Source: an uncultured Actinomycetes bacterium (lineage in GTDB: Bacteria; Actinomycetota; Thermoleophilia; UBA2241). Taken from it: DNA of 64,000 nt. The position numbers and the translations under genes are program-made. Each line of letters begins with the position of its first letter. Within the stretch, counting starts at the first letter, position 1. Location of the stretch: contig CAVRZA010000006.1 in the NCBI GenBank assembly GCA_963725665.1, positions 480,001 to 544,000 on the forward strand. Reading direction: 5' to 3'. Positions 29,825-39,441 of the stretch are shown here, piece by piece. The notes under the pieces were generated by a model that ran no database searches, was not told the origin of the DNA, and was given only the letters and a program-made list of their open reading frames with translations.

Positions 29825-30809
29825 CGGGTACCTGGGGCCGGAGACCCTCGCCTTTGGCTGGGCGGCCTGCCTCCCTGCCTGGTACGTCGCGAACAAGCGC
29901 ACCAAGGCCCTGCTCTCGGAGCCGAAGGCGGTCCCCGTGCTGGCCGCCAGCGCCGCCTTCAGCTTCCTCGTCATGATGCTCAACGTCCCCGTGTTCGGAG
30001 GCACGACGGCGCACGCCGTCGGAGCGGTGCTGATCGCCGTGATCGCCGGACCCTGGGTCGCGGTGCTGGCCGTCACGGCGGCGCTGGTCATCCAGGCGCT
30101 TCTCTTCGCCGACGGCGGCATCCTCGCCATCGGCATCAACTGTCTCAACATGGCGGTCGTGATGCCGCTCGTGGGCTACGGCGTCTACCAGCTCGTCGCC
30201 GGAAGCTCCGACCTGCAGTCGAGGCGCCGCCTGGTCGCGGCCGCCGTCGGCGCCTACGTCGGCATCCTCGCGGCGGCGACCCTCGTCGGCGTCGAGCTCG
30301 GCATCCAGCCTTCCCTGCACTCGGCCGACGGTGTCGCCCAGTACGCGCCGTACGGGTTGCACATCGCCCTCCCCGCCATGCTCGTGTCGCACGCCGTGCT
30401 GGTGGGCCCCATCGAGGCGGCCTTCACCGTCGCCGTCTTCGCCTTCTTGCGCCGCACCAGCCCCGATCTCTTCCGTGTCACGGCGGCCCAGCATCTCTCG
30501 TATCGCTGGCTGGGCGCGGTCGTGATCGCGCTGATCGTGGCCGTGCCGCTGGGGCTGATAGCTACTGGCACGGCCTGGGGCGAGTGGGGCGGCGAGGAGC
30601 TGCGCACGCGCATCGGCTACGTTCCGGAGGGCTTCGGCCGCTTTGGGGGCATGTGGAAGGGTGTCTTGCCCGATTACGCCCTGCCGGGGGTCGGCGGGGC
30701 GGGAGCGATCGTCTTCTACGTTCTCTCCGCCGTCATCGGCGTCGGCATCCTGGCGGGCCTGGCCTGGTTGCTCGTGCGCGCGCGACGGCGGCGCGCGGCC
30801 GCTCAGTAG
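29811..30809 (+). CDS. Ni/Co ECF transporter substrate-binding subunit, CbiM/NikM fused to an N-like domain
   Basis: MHIPDGYL, GTTAHAVG, QALLFADGG, AWGEW, PDYALPG. Confidence 0.9.
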   Translation: MHIPDGYLGPETLAFGWAACLPAWYVANKRTKALLSEPKAVPVLAASAAFSFLVMMLNVPVFGGTTAHAVGAVLIAVIAGPWVAVLAVTAALVIQALLFADGGILAIGINCLNMAVVMPLVGYGVYQLVAGSSDLQSRRRLVAAAVGAYVGILAAATLVGVELGIQPSLHSADGVAQYAPYGLHIALPAMLVSHAVLVGPIEAAFTVAVFAFLRRTSPDLFRVTAAQHLSYRWLGAVVIALIVAVPLGLIATGTAWGEWGGEELRTRIGYVPEGFGRFGGMWKGVLPDYALPGVGGAGAIVFYVLSAVIGVGILAGLAWLLVRARRRRAAAQ

Positions 30810-30903
30810 GAGGAGCCACCGGCCGGCGGCGGGGGATTGGCCCGGAGGATGGCCGTCGCCGGCGCGCGGCGCCCCACGGGCGACGGCGCACCGTGGGCCG
30901 TTC

Positions 30904-31869
30904 TCAGACGCGCAGCAGGCGGCGGGCCGCGCGCAGGGGCCCGTAGGTGGCCCCGAAGCGCCTGCGCGCGGCCCGCCGCGAACCCGCCGACTCCACGACA
31001 TGGTCGAGGTGCAGGGCGCGCGCGCCGCCGTCGGCCACGACCTTGTGGCCGGCGGCGCGCAGGCGAAGACAGAGGTCGATCGAGCCGTAGGCGAGGAAGT
31101 ACGACTCGTCCATCCCCCCGACCGCCTCGAAGGCGTCGCGGCGCAGCATCGCCGCCGTGAGCTCAACCCAGTCGACCTCGGCGCGCCCCGTCGGGGCGAA
31201 GCGCCAGGGGCTCTTGAAGCGTGCAGGCTCCAGTGCCGGGAACGCCGACGTGAGGCCGCTCACCGCCACGCCACGCAGCGTCGGCGCGTAGCCGGCAGCC
31301 CTCTCGACCGTGCCGTCGAGGCCGGCGAGCCGGGCGCCGGCCGCCACGGGTGGCCGGCGCCCGACCGAGACCAGATCGAGGAGGCGCTGCAGGGCGCCGG
31401 GCCGCAGACGCGTATCGCCGTGCAGGCTGAGCACGTAGTCCTGCTCGAGACGGCGCACCCCTTCGTTGAGACCGGCGCCGAACCCGGACTCGGTGGGCAG
31501 CACGACGAGCTCGAGCTGCGGGAAGCCGCGCCGGATGGCGCCCTCGGTGTCGTCCTCGGAGCTGAGGTCGACGACGACAACGCGGGCCACGGCCGGAACG
31601 AGCTCCCGCAGCATCGCCGCGGCGTGCGCCTCATCACCGAAGGTGACCACCACGGCCCCGACGACCTCTCTCGGGTCCTCAGCGACCTCGTGCGGCTCCG
31701 GCCGCGCGGCGAGGCGCGCGCGCACCTCCGCCTCGGTGGCGAAGCGCTCCTCGATCAGGGCGGCGTCGATTGGCGGGATCGCGAAGAGCGGAGACGCCTC
31801 GGTGGGCGTGTCGTGGGAAGTCTCGTCCGCGTCGTGAGGCCCACCCTCGCGACCGCTCTCGCCGGTCAC
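30904..31869 (-). CDS. Glycosyltransferase family 2-like protein with degenerate catalytic motifs
   Basis: GT2 scaffold (VVVTF, VVVVD.SSEDDT, GFGAGLNEG, VDWV, RRDAFEAVGGMDE, DLCLRL). Start placed at GTG 31869. Confidence 0.7.
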   Translation of the reverse strand: MTGESGREGGPHDADETSHDTPTEASPLFAIPPIDAALIEERFATEAEVRARLAARPEPHEVAEDPREVVGAVVVTFGDEAHAAAMLRELVPAVARVVVVDLSSEDDTEGAIRRGFPQLELVVLPTESGFGAGLNEGVRRLEQDYVLSLHGDTRLRPGALQRLLDLVSVGRRPPVAAGARLAGLDGTVERAAGYAPTLRGVAVSGLTSAFPALEPARFKSPWRFAPTGRAEVDWVELTAAMLRRDAFEAVGGMDESYFLAYGSIDLCLRLRAAGHKVVADGGARALHLDHVVESAGSRRAARRRFGATYGPLRAARRLLRV

Positions 31870-31873
31870 GGGG

Positions 31874-32449
31874 TCAGTGGAGCGGCGGCTCGTCGGGTCC
31901 GGCGCAGTCGCCGCCGCTGTCGAGCAGCTTCTCGATGCCGTGCGGCAGCGCCTCGCGGATGACCTCGAACTGCTCGCGACAGGCACGCGGGCTGCCGGGC
32001 ATATTTATGATGAGCGTGCGGCCGCGCAGCCCGCTCACGCCGCGCGAGAGCATCGCCCGCGGTGTCTTCTGCAGCGAGACGAAGCGCATGGCCTCGACGA
32101 TGCCGGGCGCCTCGCGCTCGATGACCGCCCGCGTCGCCTCCGGGGTCACGTCGCGCGAGGTGAACCCGGTGCCGCCGGTCGTAAGCACCAGGTTCACCGC
32201 AGTGCCGTCGGCGAGGTCGCGCAGACAAGCAGTGATCATTTCGACGTCGTCGGGCACCAGGCTGCGCTCGACCGACACGGCGCCGAGCTCGCGCAGGAGC
32301 TCCTCGAGCACGTCGCCGCTCGTGTCCTGCCTCGTACCGGCGAATCCCGAGTCGGAGACCGTGACCACGGCGGCGACGATGGGCGGCGCCGTCGCCGACT
32401 CGTCGCCGTCATGGTGGTCGTGACGGCGGTCCGGGTGACTGTCGCTCAC
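31874..32449 (-). CDS. Molybdopterin adenylyltransferase (MogA/MoaB)
   Basis: VTVSD, DTSG, VPDD, TTGGTGFTSRDVTPEAT, AMLSRG, INMPGSP. Confidence 0.92.
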   Translation of the reverse strand: MSDSHPDRRHDHHDGDESATAPPIVAAVVTVSDSGFAGTRQDTSGDVLEELLRELGAVSVERSLVPDDVEMITACLRDLADGTAVNLVLTTGGTGFTSRDVTPEATRAVIEREAPGIVEAMRFVSLQKTPRAMLSRGVSGLRGRTLIINMPGSPRACREQFEVIREALPHGIEKLLDSGGDCAGPDEPPLH

Positions 32450-32934
32450 ACCTCGACCTCGTCGAGTGACTGACCGTGCGGCGGCTGCGGGCCGCTGCCG
32501 AGCTCCTCGACGACGACCTCGTCGCCGGCCCGCAGCCGCCCCCCCTCGAGCACGCGCGCGAAGATGCCCTCGCGCGGCATGACGCAGTCGCCGGCCAGGT
32601 AGAAGATGGCGCAGCGGTCGTGGCACACCTTGCCTATCTGGGTGACCTCGACGCGGGCTTCGCCCAGCCGCAGCCGCGAGCCTACCGGCAGAGTCGCGAC
32701 CGCGACGCCCTCGGTCGTCACGTTCTCGGCGAAGTCGCCGGGGCCCACCTCGAGCCCCTTCGCGCGCATCGTGTCGATGCTCTCCTGCGCCAGGAGGCTC
32801 ACCTGGCGGTGCCAAGGACCGGCGTGCCCGTCGCCCTCGACGCCGTGGTCGGCCACCAGGACGATCTCGTCGACCGGCGCCTTGCGCACGCCCTTCGCGT
32901 CGGCCACGTTGACCGACACCACGCAGCCGCTCAT
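32446..32934 (-). CDS. MOSC domain protein
   Basis: [50 protein letters not shown]. Confidence 0.9.
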   Translation of the reverse strand: MSGCVVSVNVADAKGVRKAPVDEIVLVADHGVEGDGHAGPWHRQVSLLAQESIDTMRAKGLEVGPGDFAENVTTEGVAVATLPVGSRLRLGEARVEVTQIGKVCHDRCAIFYLAGDCVMPREGIFARVLEGGRLRAGDEVVVEELGSGPQPPHGQSLDEVEV

Positions 32935-33413
32935 GGGCTCTCCCGCTTCCAGGTGCCGCTCTTGCCGCCGCTCTTCTCGAGCAGGACGACCGGGCCGATC
33001 TCCATGCCGCGATCGACCGCCTTGCACATGTCGTAGACGGTGAGACACGCGACCGCGGCGGCCGTGAGCGCCTCCATCTCCGCCCCAGTCTTGCCCACGA
33101 GCCTGACTTCGCTCGTCACGCGCAAGCCGGGCAGCATCTCGTCGGCCTCGATCTCGACGCCGACGAAGCTCAGCGACAACGGATGACACAGGGGGATCAG
33201 CTCGTGCGTCTTCTTGGCGGCCATGATGCCGGCCAGTCGCGCGGCGGCGACGACGTCCCCCTTGGGCACCGCCTCGTCGAGGATGATCGCCAGGGTCTCG
33301 GGCGCCATGCGCACGACCGCGGCCGCCACAGCGCGACGCTCGCCGGCCGGCTTGTCGCTGACGTCGACCATGCGCGCTCGGCCGCGCGCGTCGAGGTGCG
33401 AGAGCTCGCTCAC
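32931..33413 (-). CDS. moaC: Cyclic pyranopterin monophosphate synthase
   Basis: [38 protein letters not shown]. Confidence 0.96.
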   Translation of the reverse strand: MSELSHLDARGRARMVDVSDKPAGERRAVAAAVVRMAPETLAIILDEAVPKGDVVAAARLAGIMAAKKTHELIPLCHPLSLSFVGVEIEADEMLPGLRVTSEVRLVGKTGAEMEALTAAAVACLTVYDMCKAVDRGMEIGPVVLLEKSGGKSGTWKRESP

Positions 33414-33460
33414 GACGGCTCCTTCTCGACCCACGACCGCGAGCGTCCATCCACCGCGTC

Positions 33461-34442
33461 CTACCCCCCGATCTCCGACATGGCGCGCGCGTTGACCAGC
33501 GCCTCGGCGTGGCGGTCGTAGCTCTTGTCACGGATGGCGGCCGCGATGGCGGCCCGCAGTTCCGCGGGCCGCCCGATGAGCGGCCGCACGTCGACCTCAT
33601 ACCCCGAGAAGAGGCAGTTCTTGAGGCGCCCATCGGCCGTGACGCGCAGCCGGTTGCAGGTGCCGCAGAAGTGTTCCGAGACGCCGGCGATGAAGCCGAT
33701 CGTGCCCAGATAGCCGGGGATGCGGAAGTAGCGCGCCGGACCGTGGCCGTACACGCCGTCGACGGCCTCGAGCTCGTAGCTTCTGCGCAGGACCTCGAGG
33801 ATCTGAGGCGAAGGCACGAACTCACCCTCGAGAGAAAGGCGGCGGTCGAGCGGCATGTGCTCGATGAAGCGCACGTGCACCTCCCGCTCGCGCGTGAGCT
33901 CGGCGAAGTCGTCGACCTCTCTCTCGACGCCGGCCAGGAGCACCGCGTTGACCTTGACCGGCGAGAACCCGGCCGCGAAGGCGGCGTCGAGACCGTCGAG
34001 CGCCTGGTCGAGGCGCGCGCCGCGGGTGACCTCCGCGAACCGTAGCGGGTCGAGGCTGTCGATACTGACGTTCACCCGCCGTAGTCCGGCCGCGGCGAGT
34101 TCAGCGGCGAAGCGCGGCAGGAGCAGACCGTTCGTCGTGAGTGAGAGATCCGCGACGCCTTCGAGCGCGGCCAGCATGCGCACGAGATCGACCACTCCCC
34201 GCCGCACGAGCGGCTCCCCGCCGGTGATACGCACCTTGCTGATCCCCACCTCGACGGCCGCACGAGCCACCGCCTCGAGCTCCTCGTAGGAAAGGATCTC
34301 GCTGTGGTCCCGCGCGGGCACGCCCTCCGGCGGCATGCAGTACGTGCAGCGCAGATTGCAGCGGTCGGTGACCGACAGACGCAGGTAGTCGACGCGCGAG
34401 TCGCGCGCGTCGTAGACCGGAGTGCAGAGGAACGCGGTCCAT
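33461..34442 (-). CDS. moaA: GTP 3',8-cyclase, with an apparent +1 frameshift near the 5' end
   Basis: The frame of ORF 33461..34336 extends upstream as [19 protein letters not shown] with no start codon, and the ATG at 34442 is one base out of frame. Also [24 protein letters not shown] and C-terminal MSEIGG. Confidence 0.93.
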
Positions 34443-34508
34443 AGCAGGCAAGATGCGGGGTCGACCCGCCCCCATAGTGTACCGCGCCGGCGCCGCGGCG
34501 TCAGCGGC

Positions 34509-34712
34509 TCACTTCATGACCATGACCTCGGTCGCCTTGATGACGGCTGTGACCGAGTCGCCCTCCTTGATGGCGAGGCTTTCCACCGAGTGCCGCGTGA
34601 TGGCGGACACGACCTCCTGCCCGCCGACGTCGATGACGACTTCGGCCATCACCGCACCGAGAGTGACACTCTTGACCGTCCCCTGCAGCTGGTTGCGCGC
34701 GCTGATGGGCAT
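34509..34712 (-). CDS. Mop/TOBE molybdate-tungstate binding protein
   Basis: SARNQLQGTV, SAIT..SVESL, AVIKATEVM. Confidence 0.93.
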   Translation of the reverse strand: MPISARNQLQGTVKSVTLGAVMAEVVIDVGGQEVVSAITRHSVESLAIKEGDSVTAVIKATEVMVMK

Positions 34713-34835
34713 GATTCCCTCCTTCCGGACCTTCGCGGAACATCGTACCTACCCTCGGGTATGGCCCCCGCCGGGCCACCCCAAACGCGGTCCTCGCGTC
34801 AGCCGAACGGCGGCAGGACACCGGCCTGCGGTAAG

Positions 34836-35270
34836 ATGCCGGTCGTGAAGACTCGTGTGCTCACCGTCCTCCTTCTCGTCGCCCTGGCGTTGCTGGCGAC
34901 AGGTTGTAGCGCCGGTTCGAGCTCTGCCGAGAAGCCGGCGGCCGTCGACACGCAGCTCGGGCCCGATGAGCCGAACGCGGTAATCAGCTGGAGCGAGGCG
35001 TCAAGTAGGGTGGGCCAGGTGATCACGGTCGAGGGACCGATCGTCGCCACCCGTCACCGTGCCGGCAAGACCCTCCTCATCATGGGCTTCGGAGCCGCGG
35101 ATCCTGGTCGCTTTGTGGTCGTCATCCCCAACTCGTTGAAGAAGGCCTTTCCAGAGCCTCCCGCCGCTTTCTTCGCCGATCGCCTCGTCCGTGTGCAGGG
35201 CAGGATCGTCGACGACGGCGGCGTGCCGTCCATCACTGTCACGAGCGCCAAGAAGATACGCGCGGAGTAG
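34836..35270 (+). CDS. Lipoprotein with a probable OB-fold
   Basis: Lipobox LATGC; VGQVITVEGPIV, FVVVI, VRVQGRI. Confidence 0.65.
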   Translation: MPVVKTRVLTVLLLVALALLATGCSAGSSSAEKPAAVDTQLGPDEPNAVISWSEASSRVGQVITVEGPIVATRHRAGKTLLIMGFGAADPGRFVVVIPNSLKKAFPEPPAAFFADRLVRVQGRIVDDGGVPSITVTSAKKIRAE

Positions 35271-35297
35271 TCCTTAGTCGAGAACTCGTACCCCACC

Positions 35298-36395
35298 TCA
35301 GCCGCGACGCGGGATGGAGGAGTGCTTGAGCAGGACGACCGCCCCGCCTTCAGGCCTCGAGGAGTGGTCAAAGGACGCGAACCTATGCAACCGCCGGGCC
35401 ATAATCGGACCCGGAGCCGCCAGCGCGGCGACGACGATCAGGGCGAACACCAGGTAGAGGTCGTCGCGAGAGCCCGCGGAGGAAGCGGCGACCTCTTGGC
35501 CGGCTCCTCCGGCGCCCGACGCCTGCCCCGCGTCCACAGGGGAGAGCGACGCGATGGGAAACCCACTGACCCATGTACCGGGCTCGCCCGCGGCGGCGGG
35601 AGCCTTGACGGGCGATGTCGTCGAGGCGCCCACAGCCCCGCCGCCCTGATTGTTGGCCGACCCGTCGCCGCTGCCGTTCCCGCCGCCTGATCCGGACCCG
35701 CTCCCACTCCCAGCACCGGAGCCACCTCCATCGTTGCCCAGCCCGCTCTCGCCCGAGGGGGGATTCTCCGCGGCGCTGTGCGTCGGCTTTGGCTTCCGCG
35801 TGGGCTTTGGGCTGGGCTTCTCGGGAGGGACGTAGTCCCTGTGCCACACCCGGATGTCGGAGATGAGGAGCGGCGACGACAGCGTCACCAGCAGCGGTGG
35901 CGAGGCCGCCGGTGCCGGCTGGTTGAGCGTGAAGCGCAGCCTGAGCGTGATGCCCCGGCCGTGCGCGACCAGGTCAATCGCCTGCAGCTGGACCCCAGCC
36001 TGGCCGCTGGGTGTCTGCCCGGACCCCGCGTTGAACCAGTGGTCGCCGCCATCGAGGCTGTAGGAGATGAACAGGTTCCAGGCTCCGCGGTCCAGCGAGT
36101 CACTCTGGTAGCTCCACTGGAGGGCGGTGAACTGCTGTTCGCGCAGGCCGGGGTCCATGCTCAGGACCTCCGTGAACGCGTCCGCTGTGTACGGGAGGTC
36201 CGAGGGGGGCTTGGCCGGAGCGAAGGCGAGGACCTGCTGCCCCGTGCCTGCGTCGAGCGTAAGGCCGTCCGCCTCCGGCGTGACGATCAAGAACGGACCG
36301 CTCAGTTCGTCCGCCGCGGCGAACGGCGGCGTAGCCAGCAGGAGGAACGACGCGAGCGCCGTGAGGGTGGCGAGCAACACCGCGAGCCGCCTCAT
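35298..36395 (-). CDS. Secreted, C-terminally membrane-anchored protein of unknown function
   Basis: Signal peptide, Asp-box-like SYSLDGGDHW, Pro/Lys and Gly/Ser linkers, C-terminal TM helix and basic tail; start overlaps the tupC stop. Confidence 0.65.
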   Translation of the reverse strand: MRRLAVLLATLTALASFLLLATPPFAAADELSGPFLIVTPEADGLTLDAGTGQQVLAFAPAKPPSDLPYTADAFTEVLSMDPGLREQQFTALQWSYQSDSLDRGAWNLFISYSLDGGDHWFNAGSGQTPSGQAGVQLQAIDLVAHGRGITLRLRFTLNQPAPAASPPLLVTLSSPLLISDIRVWHRDYVPPEKPSPKPTRKPKPTHSAAENPPSGESGLGNDGGGSGAGSGSGSGSGGGNGSGDGSANNQGGGAVGASTTSPVKAPAAAGEPGTWVSGFPIASLSPVDAGQASGAGGAGQEVAASSAGSRDDLYLVFALIVVAALAAPGPIMARRLHRFASFDHSSRPEGGAVVLLKHSSIPRRG

Positions 36396-37504
36396 GGCCG
36401 CCTGCCCTCACCGTGTCCGCGCGACACCACCTGGATCGCGGTCGCCTTGACCGCCGCATACAGCTCCTGTCCCTGGCCCACCCCCAGATCCTCGCAGGCG
36501 GCCCGGGTCACGAGAGCATCCATCCGCCCACCCTCCCACCCCAGGGTGACCAGCATGGACCGTCCGGCCGGCCGGATACTCCTCACCTCAGCCTCGACGA
36601 TGTTGCGCAGGCTCGTTCCCAAGTCGGGAGGACGCTCCACGAAGAGGATGACGTCCTCAGGATGGATGCAGGCGAAGGCCGGTCCCGGCTCGGCCTGGGA
36701 ACAGGTGAGACTGGCACCCCCAGGAAGCACGAATCGGGAAGCCCCCGCCAGCCCGTTCTCGATCACGCCTTCCAGCCACACGTCGATGCCGAGATAGTCG
36801 GCGACCGCCGACGAGGCCGGGCTGTCGAAGACCTGGGCGCGGCTGCCCTCCTGCAGCACGCGCCCTTCGGCGAGGAAGGTGACGCGGTCGGCGACCGTGA
36901 GGGCCTCTTCGGTGTCGTGCGTCACCCAGAGGACGGCCATCGAGAGGCTGGCGAAGATCCGCTGCAGGTCGGCGAGGAGCGCGCGTCGCATCGGCGGATC
37001 GAGCGAAGCCATCGGCTCGTCGAGGAAGAGCGCGGCCGGCTCGACCGACAGGGCGCGCGCGATGCTCACGCGTTGCGCCTCGCCGCCCGACAGCCCAGTC
37101 CTGCGCCGATCGGAGAGGTGGCCGATGCCCAGGAGCTCCAGGGCTGCGGCTGCGCGGCGATGAAGGTCCTTGCCGCGCACGCCGCGCAGCCGCAGCGCGC
37201 TCTCGACGTTGCCGCGTACCGTCGTCGACAGGAGGTAGGCGTGCTGGAAGACCGCAGCCGTGCGGCGGCGTAGCCGCAGGCGATCGCCGCCGCTGCGTAC
37301 TTCCTGGCCCTCGAAGTGCAACAGCCCCTGCGCCGGCTCGAGGCCGTTGAGCGCACGCAGCAGCGTGGTCTTGCCGGCGCCGTTCGGGCCCAGCAGCACG
37401 TGCACCTCGCCCCGCTCGAGCGTGAAACGCTCGACGCGCACCAGCTCCTTGCCGTCGCGGACGACGGCGAGGTCGTGGGCCTCGATGATGGGTCCGTCGG
37501 TCAT
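36392..37504 (-). CDS. tupC: Tungstate ABC transporter ATPase with TOBE domain
   Basis: GPNGAGKTT, LSGGEAQR, LDEP, C-terminal TOBE (TSLRN...AVKATAI). Confidence 0.85.
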   Translation of the reverse strand: MTDGPIIEAHDLAVVRDGKELVRVERFTLERGEVHVLLGPNGAGKTTLLRALNGLEPAQGLLHFEGQEVRSGGDRLRLRRRTAAVFQHAYLLSTTVRGNVESALRLRGVRGKDLHRRAAAALELLGIGHLSDRRRTGLSGGEAQRVSIARALSVEPAALFLDEPMASLDPPMRRALLADLQRIFASLSMAVLWVTHDTEEALTVADRVTFLAEGRVLQEGSRAQVFDSPASSAVADYLGIDVWLEGVIENGLAGASRFVLPGGASLTCSQAEPGPAFACIHPEDVILFVERPPDLGTSLRNIVEAEVRSIRPAGRSMLVTLGWEGGRMDALVTRAACEDLGVGQGQELYAAVKATAIQVVSRGHGEGRRP

Positions 37505-38205
37505 CAGGCGAACCGCGCTCCCCGCTGCTGGACGATGGTCATCGCGTAGTTGGTCGAGAAGCTCAGGAGCAGCAGCACGACGGCCAGGGCGATGGCAGTG
37601 GCGAACTCTCCCATTCCTACATACTGGACGATGCCCGTAGTGAGCACCTGTGTCTGCCCCTTGATGTTCCCCCCAACGATCATCACCGCACCGACCTCTG
37701 AGATCACGCCGCCGAAGGCCGCCATGACCGCGGCCATCAGCGCCACGCGGATCTCACGCAGGAGGAGCAGGAAGGTACGCCAGCGCCCGGCACCCAGGGC
37801 CATGATCTGCAGCCTGAACCCCTGGTCGAGCTGCTGCAGCGCGGCCAGCGACAAGCCGGCGACGATCGGGAGGGCGATGAGGACCTGCGCGATGATCATC
37901 GCCTGCACGGTGTACATGAGGGCGAGGTCACCGAGGGGTCCGCTGCGCCACAGGAAGAGCGCCACCACGAGGCCGACGACGACGGGCGGGACGCCCATCC
38001 CGGTGTTGACAACGGCCACCAGGAGACGCCGGCCGGGGAAGTGCCTCAGAGCAAGGATGGCACCGAGAGGTACGCCGAAGACGAGCGCGAAGGCGAGAGC
38101 GCTGAACGACACTTCGAGGGAGCGCAGTGCGATCTCGAGGACTTCCCGGTCACCCCCGACCAGCAGGCGCAGGGCCTGGTAGAGACCCTGGAAGATCAGG
38201 TCCAC
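37504..38205 (-). CDS. tupB: Tungstate ABC transporter permease
   Basis: FPGRR, NTGMGVPPVVVGL, ISEVGAVMIVGGNIKG.T..LTT.I. Confidence 0.9.
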   Translation of the reverse strand: MDLIFQGLYQALRLLVGGDREVLEIALRSLEVSFSALAFALVFGVPLGAILALRHFPGRRLLVAVVNTGMGVPPVVVGLVVALFLWRSGPLGDLALMYTVQAMIIAQVLIALPIVAGLSLAALQQLDQGFRLQIMALGAGRWRTFLLLLREIRVALMAAVMAAFGGVISEVGAVMIVGGNIKGQTQVLTTGIVQYVGMGEFATAIALAVVLLLLSFSTNYAMTIVQQRGARFA

Positions 38206-38262
38206 TTGGCGTCTCCTTTCCATCGCTCCAGGGCCCAAAGGACGTCGCGCCACCCAAGATGG

Positions 38263-38302
38263 GGGCGGCGGGCGCCCTTCACCTGAAGAGCGCCCGCCGC
38301 CC
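38263..38302 (-). terminator. Hairpin between tupA and tupB
   Basis: GGGCGGCGGGCGCCCTTC-ACCT-GAAGAGCGCCCGCCGCCC. Confidence 0.55.
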
Positions 38303-38355
38303 GGTCACGCCGTACGAGCCCGCTTCCCGCTCCGCAGGCTCGTTGTGATCTCAGC

Positions 38356-39336
38356 TCACGGAGCGGGTGTCGCGGGCGGGACCACCGTCTGGCTCACGAC
38401 ATAGGAGTTCGGGAAGAACAACTGCACGTTCTTCACCTTGTAGGCGGCGATTGCCTTCTGTCCGTTGGAGCTTGCGAGCCACTCGGCGAGGAACTCCGCC
38501 CCGGTGCTGTTCACGTCGTTGTGCTGGGCCTGATTGACGAGGTCGATCGAGTACTGGTTCTTCAGATCGGCGGTGCTCGTCAGAAGCCTGCGAAGAGGCG
38601 GGGCGAGCGGATCGACACCGGGCCCGCCGTACCTGTTCTTGATCCAGGTGGACATATCGGTGAGCGTGTACGCACCGTTGCCCTTGTTGGCGTTCGCTGT
38701 CACTTCCAGCGTCTGCAGCATGCCCTGCCCGGTCATGATGTACCAGGCGGGAGGATTCGCGGGGTCGATCGTGATGCCGGCCGCCTGCCAGATCGCCAAC
38801 TCCTTCTTGTTCGTGCCGGAATTGTCGCCGCGGGAGACGAAGGCCACTTTGCCCGTCTTGGCGCCCCACGCTGCGATCTTCTTGAAGGCTGCGACGGCGG
38901 AATGCGTGGCCGAAACGCCCGCCGGGTCGCGCTTGAGGGTCGTGTTCCACGGGCCGACGACCGTGAAGTAGTTGTAGGCGATGGGCAGGCGCATCGTCAG
39001 GTCGCCCGAGGCCAAGAGGGCCTTCTCGTCGGGCGGCGCGTGCACGATGATGACGTCGCAGTTGCCAGCTGCCGCGGCGGCAAGGGCCTGACCCGAGCCC
39101 ACCGAGATGATCTGCACGTCGATGCCCGGGTAGCGGGCCTCCCAGAGGGGCAGCAGGTAGTCGAGCAGACCGGAGTCATTGACGCTGGTCGTTGTCTCGA
39201 GGATCAGCTTGCTGTAGGTCGGCGCCTGCAGCACCTGGCCCTGCTGTGTTGCGAAGCCTGTGGCGGCGCCGATCGCCAGGACGGCGACGGCGACCACGAG
39301 CAGGCTCGCGACGATCAGTCTCTTGCGGTGAACCAT
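38356..39336 (-). CDS. tupA: Tungstate ABC transporter substrate-binding protein
   Basis: TupA signature TTTS..DSGLL, GSGQAL, VHAP, FVSRGDNSGT..KE, GQGM, YTLTD, NQY. Confidence 0.92.
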   Translation of the reverse strand: MVHRKRLIVASLLVVAVAVLAIGAATGFATQQGQVLQAPTYSKLILETTTSVNDSGLLDYLLPLWEARYPGIDVQIISVGSGQALAAAAAGNCDVIIVHAPPDEKALLASGDLTMRLPIAYNYFTVVGPWNTTLKRDPAGVSATHSAVAAFKKIAAWGAKTGKVAFVSRGDNSGTNKKELAIWQAAGITIDPANPPAWYIMTGQGMLQTLEVTANANKGNGAYTLTDMSTWIKNRYGGPGVDPLAPPLRRLLTSTADLKNQYSIDLVNQAQHNDVNSTGAEFLAEWLASSNGQKAIAAYKVKNVQLFFPNSYVVSQTVVPPATPAP

Positions 39337-39441
39337 GGCTCCTCCAACGGACGGTTACGGTCCTCATCCGAGACGCTCGGCCACGGGAGAATGGGGGGCA
39401 GGAGACCAGCACAGCGGGCGTGATACGAGCGGACCATCTGC

